Assembly (NCBI RefSeq): GCF_009914755.1
Contig: NC_060928.1
Direction: 5' to 3' (one strand)
From: the human T2T-CHM13v2.0 reference genome, Homo sapiens
DNA: 64,000 bases
Each line of letters begins with the position of its first letter. Position 1 is the first letter of the stretch. The notes under the pieces are model-generated. The model had not been told where the DNA came from, did not search any database, and saw only the letters and a program-made list of their open reading frames with translations. A program made the position numbers and the translations under genes. Positions 50,114 through 64,000 of this stretch are shown here, piece by piece.

Positions 50114-50861
50114 TAATCTTCATCTTTGTATGGTAATTTTAACCTGTACCTTTTATGACCACGTGGTGTTTAATTCAAATAAATGTCATTGGGTTTCACT
50201 TGGAGCAAATTAAAATATATATATATATAAATCAGACATTTCTCTTGGCAAGAAAGTTATCTATGTAGTATTTGCCTGTATAAATATTGCCCTAGGTGTT
50301 TATAAATGTTTTATTTACTTGGGTGTTCATCATTGTTTTCTTGTGTGGGTGAGTAGTCAAAGAAACAGTGTAAAATTACCATCTATTTATGTTTGATTAT
50401 GTTATTCTGTGAGAGAAACACTTCTTATTTGAAGGCGATTTTTACAGACTGTAACCTTTTTAGGTAGATGTAAATATTTAGTTGTGATGAAAAATGTGTA
50501 ACTGCCATCTTAAATATTTTCAAGTGTACAGTCTAGTGGTATTAAGTACACTTACTTTATTTTGCAATGGATCTCTAATTTTACCTTACAAAAGTAAAAT
50601 TTAGTACCTTATAAACAATAAAGTGCCCTTTTTTCCTTTTTCTTTAGCTCCTGAAGAATACCATTTTACTTACTGTTTCTATTATTTTCACTGGTTTCCA
50701 TATTCTTATCAGTGTAATTATATAATGTGTTTCTTTTTGACTATTATATGTAACAATATTCTCAGGCTTTGTTTTTGTAAGATATGTCAGAATATCTTTG
50801 TTTTAAAATGAAATAATATTCTATTATATGTATATGTCACATTTTAAAAATTTGATACTGA

Positions 50862-51252
<391 letters not shown>

Positions 51253-51815
51253 TAAAGTCCCGCTTTAAATGTTCTTGGAATAGTTTGGATACAGTGTTGT
51301 AGTACTATGTGTATGTTCGTATTTTTATTTCCCAAGCCTTTGATGTTATATCCAAAAACTGATTGCTAAGACCAGTTGCATGAAGGCTTCACTGTCTGTT
51401 TTTATTAGATTCCACATATGTGTAAGGTCATGTAGTATTTGTCTCAGTGTATCTGGTTTCTTTCTGTAACATGATCCAGCAATTTGAATTTTTTTTTTCT
51501 TGCATGGTCACAAATGTTTATTGTCTTACAATCAAAAGAACCATCTTAAATTACAATGTTTATTGTTTAAATATATGTCACTTTGTGATACATTTTTTCT
51601 ATAACGGCTGTACTAACTTAGTCTTACCAGCTGAATATGTTAACTTTTCTATACCTTCTCATAATTTTTTTGTCTTTCTACTTACAGTCATTCTAACTGC
51701 AGTGAAGTCTCATCTTGTTGTGGCTTTGATTTGCATACCTGATAATTAGTGATGCTGAACATCTTTGCATATTCTTTTTGGCCATTTGTATTTCTTCTTT
51801 TGAAAATTGTATCTT

Positions 51816-52195
<380 letters not shown>

Positions 52196-52376
52196 TCATC
52201 ATATGTATATTTTGCAAATATTTTCTTTCATTCTATAGATTATCTCATTGTTTACTGTGCAAAAGATTCTTAGTTTGTTGCAATCCCATTTGCATATTTT
52301 TGTGTGTCTTGAGGTCTTAAAAATTATTTGTTCTGCAATATGTGGTAAAGCATTCCTCTGTGTTTACTTCTAATAG

Positions 52377-52691
<315 letters not shown>

Positions 52692-53541
52692 TCTATTTAA
52701 ATTTTTATTTGTGATTGAGTTTTTTATATCATAAGAGGTAGGGGCCTAGGTTCATTTTTTTATTATGTAGATAAATTTTTCTAGCAACACTTATTGAAAA
52801 GACTGTCTTTTTCCAACTGTGTGTTCTGGACATTTTTGTTGAAAATCACTTGGCTCTAGGTTCATGAATTTATTGCTAGGCTCACTGGATACTTTCATCT
52901 GTTTTTATGTCAGTATCATCCTGTTTTGCTCATTATAGCTTCATAGTATGTTTTGGAACCAGGAAGTGTGATGCTCCTAGCTTTGTTCTTTTTGCTCAGG
53001 ATTACTTTTGCCGTTCGTGGGTCTTTGGTTGTTCCCTATACATTTTAATCTTTTTTTTTCCGATTTCTGTGAAAAAAGTCATTGGCATTTTGATAGAGAT
53101 TGCATTGAATCTGTAGATCACCTTGGGTAGTATAGCCACTTTTATATTTTTTCAATTCATGAGCAAAAAATATCTTTCAATTTTTCATGTCTTTTTCAGT
53201 TTTTTATCAATGTTATATAATTCTCAGTGTAGAGCGTGGTTACCCTTTTTAATTAAGTTTGCCACTAGACATCTAGACATCTTTATTTTGCTGGTCTATG
53301 TAGGAGTATTTGGCAAAATTCAACATGCCTTTGTGCTTTAAGAAACTCAACAAATTAGGTATAGATGGTATGTACCCCAGCACAATAAAGGCCATGTATG
53401 ACAAATCAATGACTTATATCATACTAAACAGGAAAGAGCAGAGCACTTTTTATCTGAGATCTCAGACAAGGATGTATTCATTTTACGTTATACTTGTGTA
53501 TGACAATATTCAACTGTGTACACTGTAAGACTGTGGAGCAA

Positions 53542-53607
53542 GGCCGGGCATGGTGGCTCATTATCCCAGCCTGTAATCCCAGCACTTTGGGAGGCTGAGG
53601 CAGGTGG

Positions 53608-53610
<3 letters not shown>
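53542..53610 (+). mobile_element. Alu 5' fragment fused to ERV pol
   Basis: ggccgggcatgg...gtggatca|ttgctgggg junction. Confidence 0.8.
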
Positions 53611-58059
<4,449 letters not shown>

Positions 58060-58150
58060 TTTTCACTCTCCCCCACCTCTTGACAAACACCATTGTACTT
58101 TGTTTTTATGAGCTGACTACTAAAAATATCTCACATAAATGAAATTATAA

Positions 58151-58425
<275 letters not shown>

Positions 58426-58462
58426 CAATGTTTGTTAATTTTTTATTAAGGATGGGTGTTGA

Positions 58463-59030
<568 letters not shown>

Positions 59031-59362
59031 AACGTTTGAATTCAATAGCTGCCATAATCTGATTTTCCAGAGAAGGTGACGAAGGACTTGGATAAAGTGA
59101 CTAAAAATGAAAACCGTACCTCATGAACTGCATCCACTAAAACAAAAAAATCATAACAAATTTCCTCAAGATTGTAACATGAATCTCAACAGAAAAGATC
59201 ACTGCAGATTTTGAATCTTGAATCTACACAGATCATTCTATTTTTCCAACACTTAACATTTACACTCAAAAGATTCAGCTTAAAAAAATAGTTTTGCTAT
59301 GTCATAGAAAATGATATGTAAAATCCTTCACCTACCATTAAGTCTCTTAAAAATTTCAAGAG

Positions 59363-59657
<295 letters not shown>

Positions 59658-61004
59658 TTTTTTTTCTAAGATATATTTTATCTTAAGAGATATCAAAATT
59701 CTGATGAGTTTCTTCATATGGTGCTTACAATATGCAACCCACTTATATTAATGTTTTACCTATTCTAACTTATGTTTAACACACTTTTTGTTAGAATCTC
59801 ATACAATTTTTCCTTTACCAATACAGAGAAGCAATGCTGACTTAATCCTCTTACCTGTGAACAGTGAATTACTCTCAAGTCATCTGAATGTTGTATTGAT
59901 AAATTATAAATAATCTCAAACAACCCAGTTAAAAACAATAATATACCACATTAAAAATTCTAAACTTCTCATCTGAACCTTGAAAGTCCATGTGAAATTA
60001 CACGGCATGAAGAGATCAGCGAGGAAACTGTAGCCAAAACACAAAGGAAAAGAAGACATCACAAAACTAAAGATAATTAGAAAATAAAAACAGAAATCCT
60101 CTTTAAATTCAGACTGAGTCAGTTTTGCAGCCTGGGAACACGTCCTCTCCACATGCACAATTAATGACATTTCTTCAACATAGATATTTTTAATCTTTTA
60201 CTTGGAGCTACGAACTAACTCCAGGAATATTTATGGCTAGTTATGGAGCATCTATTACACACCCAGCACTTTGTGTTTGTTCACTACAATTATTTATCAA
60301 AACATCCCCAATACTTATGTCTTCCCAGTACTTGCCTGAACAAACTTATTTAGTTATAAAAAGTGAAAAGAACAATAACTAAAGAAAACAGCTTATATAA
60401 GGTTGTCCAATAAAATGAAATGTTCTAATTAAATAAAACATAAATACACACATTGTGAAATTACATCTAAAAAGTATTTTTGGTGCACTAAATTTTATAA
60501 AAATGATTCTTATAATTTCTGACAAGCTCACATACTTTATGAAGTGGAAACAAAAAAAATGAGAAATTTATAGCTAGAGCATGAGGACCACATAAAACCA
60601 GAATTGATTGGCATGGGGAGATTCTCAACGATGATTCATTAGATTGTACAGTAATTAAATGAAAAGAAGAAAATATAGATTTGATTTCAAAATGTTTTAG
60701 ATTTCTAGTAAATTACCTATCCACAGTATTAATAGAACCTTCTTTGTTCCAATATTGCTATTTTCTTTGGAAAATAGGTATAAACTCTCATGCAAACACA
60801 ATTACTTGCTCCATAATTTCCTTGTGCCCAACGTTTATCTTTAGAGCACAAAATTTATATATTTAACTCCAAGTAAATTAAATGTCTGTATGTGTTTGCA
60901 GGAGGACATGCCACATGTTCAAAGATATATATGAAACATTTTTTAAAAGTATTCAAGACTCAGGAATGTATGAATGTTTATTACAAACATAAAATGACCT
61001 GTAG

Positions 61005-61200
61005 TTAAAAATAATTAAAGTGTGTAACTGGATTGTGTGTAATACAAAGGATAAATGCTTGAGGTGATAATAACTCATTTACTGTGGTGTGATTATTACA
61101 TACTGTATGCCTGTATCAAAATAACCCATATATACCATAAATATATACACATACTATGTACTCACAAAACCTTTTGAAAAATTTCAATAAGAATAAAAAT
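61005..61200 (+). mobile_element. L1MA 3' end
   Basis: aaaggataaatgcttgaggtgat...tatgcctgtatcaaaat...tactatgtac. Confidence 0.75.
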
Positions 61201-61429
61201 GTAACATGCAAACAATATTCTTCAATTTATTTGCTGTTGAAAGCCACTAAAAAAGACTAGAGATGTCATTCAATTATATTACCAGATAGTACATTGTTAC
61301 CATCTTTAACGTACACCCTTGAGTAAGGTTGGATAGGTGAAAGTTGGTGGCATAATAAAACACTTCATTCACGGCACAAAAATTTTAACACAATAACAAT
61401 TTTTATTTCAAAAATTAAGTTCACACATT

Positions 61430-64000
<2,571 letters not shown>

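Overview
Human (primate) genomic DNA, rich in repeats, from a ZNF91-subfamily KRAB zinc-finger cluster. The ZNF721-like 3' exon at the right end and the ABCA10-derived retrocopy identify it from memory as 4p16.3 (ZNF141-ABCA11P-ZNF721); no database search was run. From left to right: (i) the 3' flank of an upstream + strand ZNF gene, which is an inverted paralogue of the ZNF721 3' flank; (ii) a + strand KRAB-ZNF remnant with an intact CpG-island/CCAAT promoter, an ATG exon and a KRAB-A exon, but no visible KRAB-B or finger exon; (iii) a full SVA, a tailless BC200 retrocopy and several solo LTRs; (iv) a 9.7-kb minus-strand HERV-H provirus that retains env, has a Phe-like PBS and hosts a nested LTR12, an AluY and an AluYb8; (v) a second fossil ZNF intron-1 segment; (vi) the ABCA11P processed pseudogene, which carries its own splice acceptor; (vii) a HERV-FRD-like pol/env/LTR remnant; (viii) the ZNF721 last coding exon. 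No clearly new biological system is demonstrable from sequence alone. The best leads are a possible KRAB-only product or KRAB-SVA exon trap, the ABCA retrocopy acting as a portable terminal exon, and an LTR12-driven integrase ORF. Repeat subfamily names are by-eye recognitions and many repeat boundaries are approximate.
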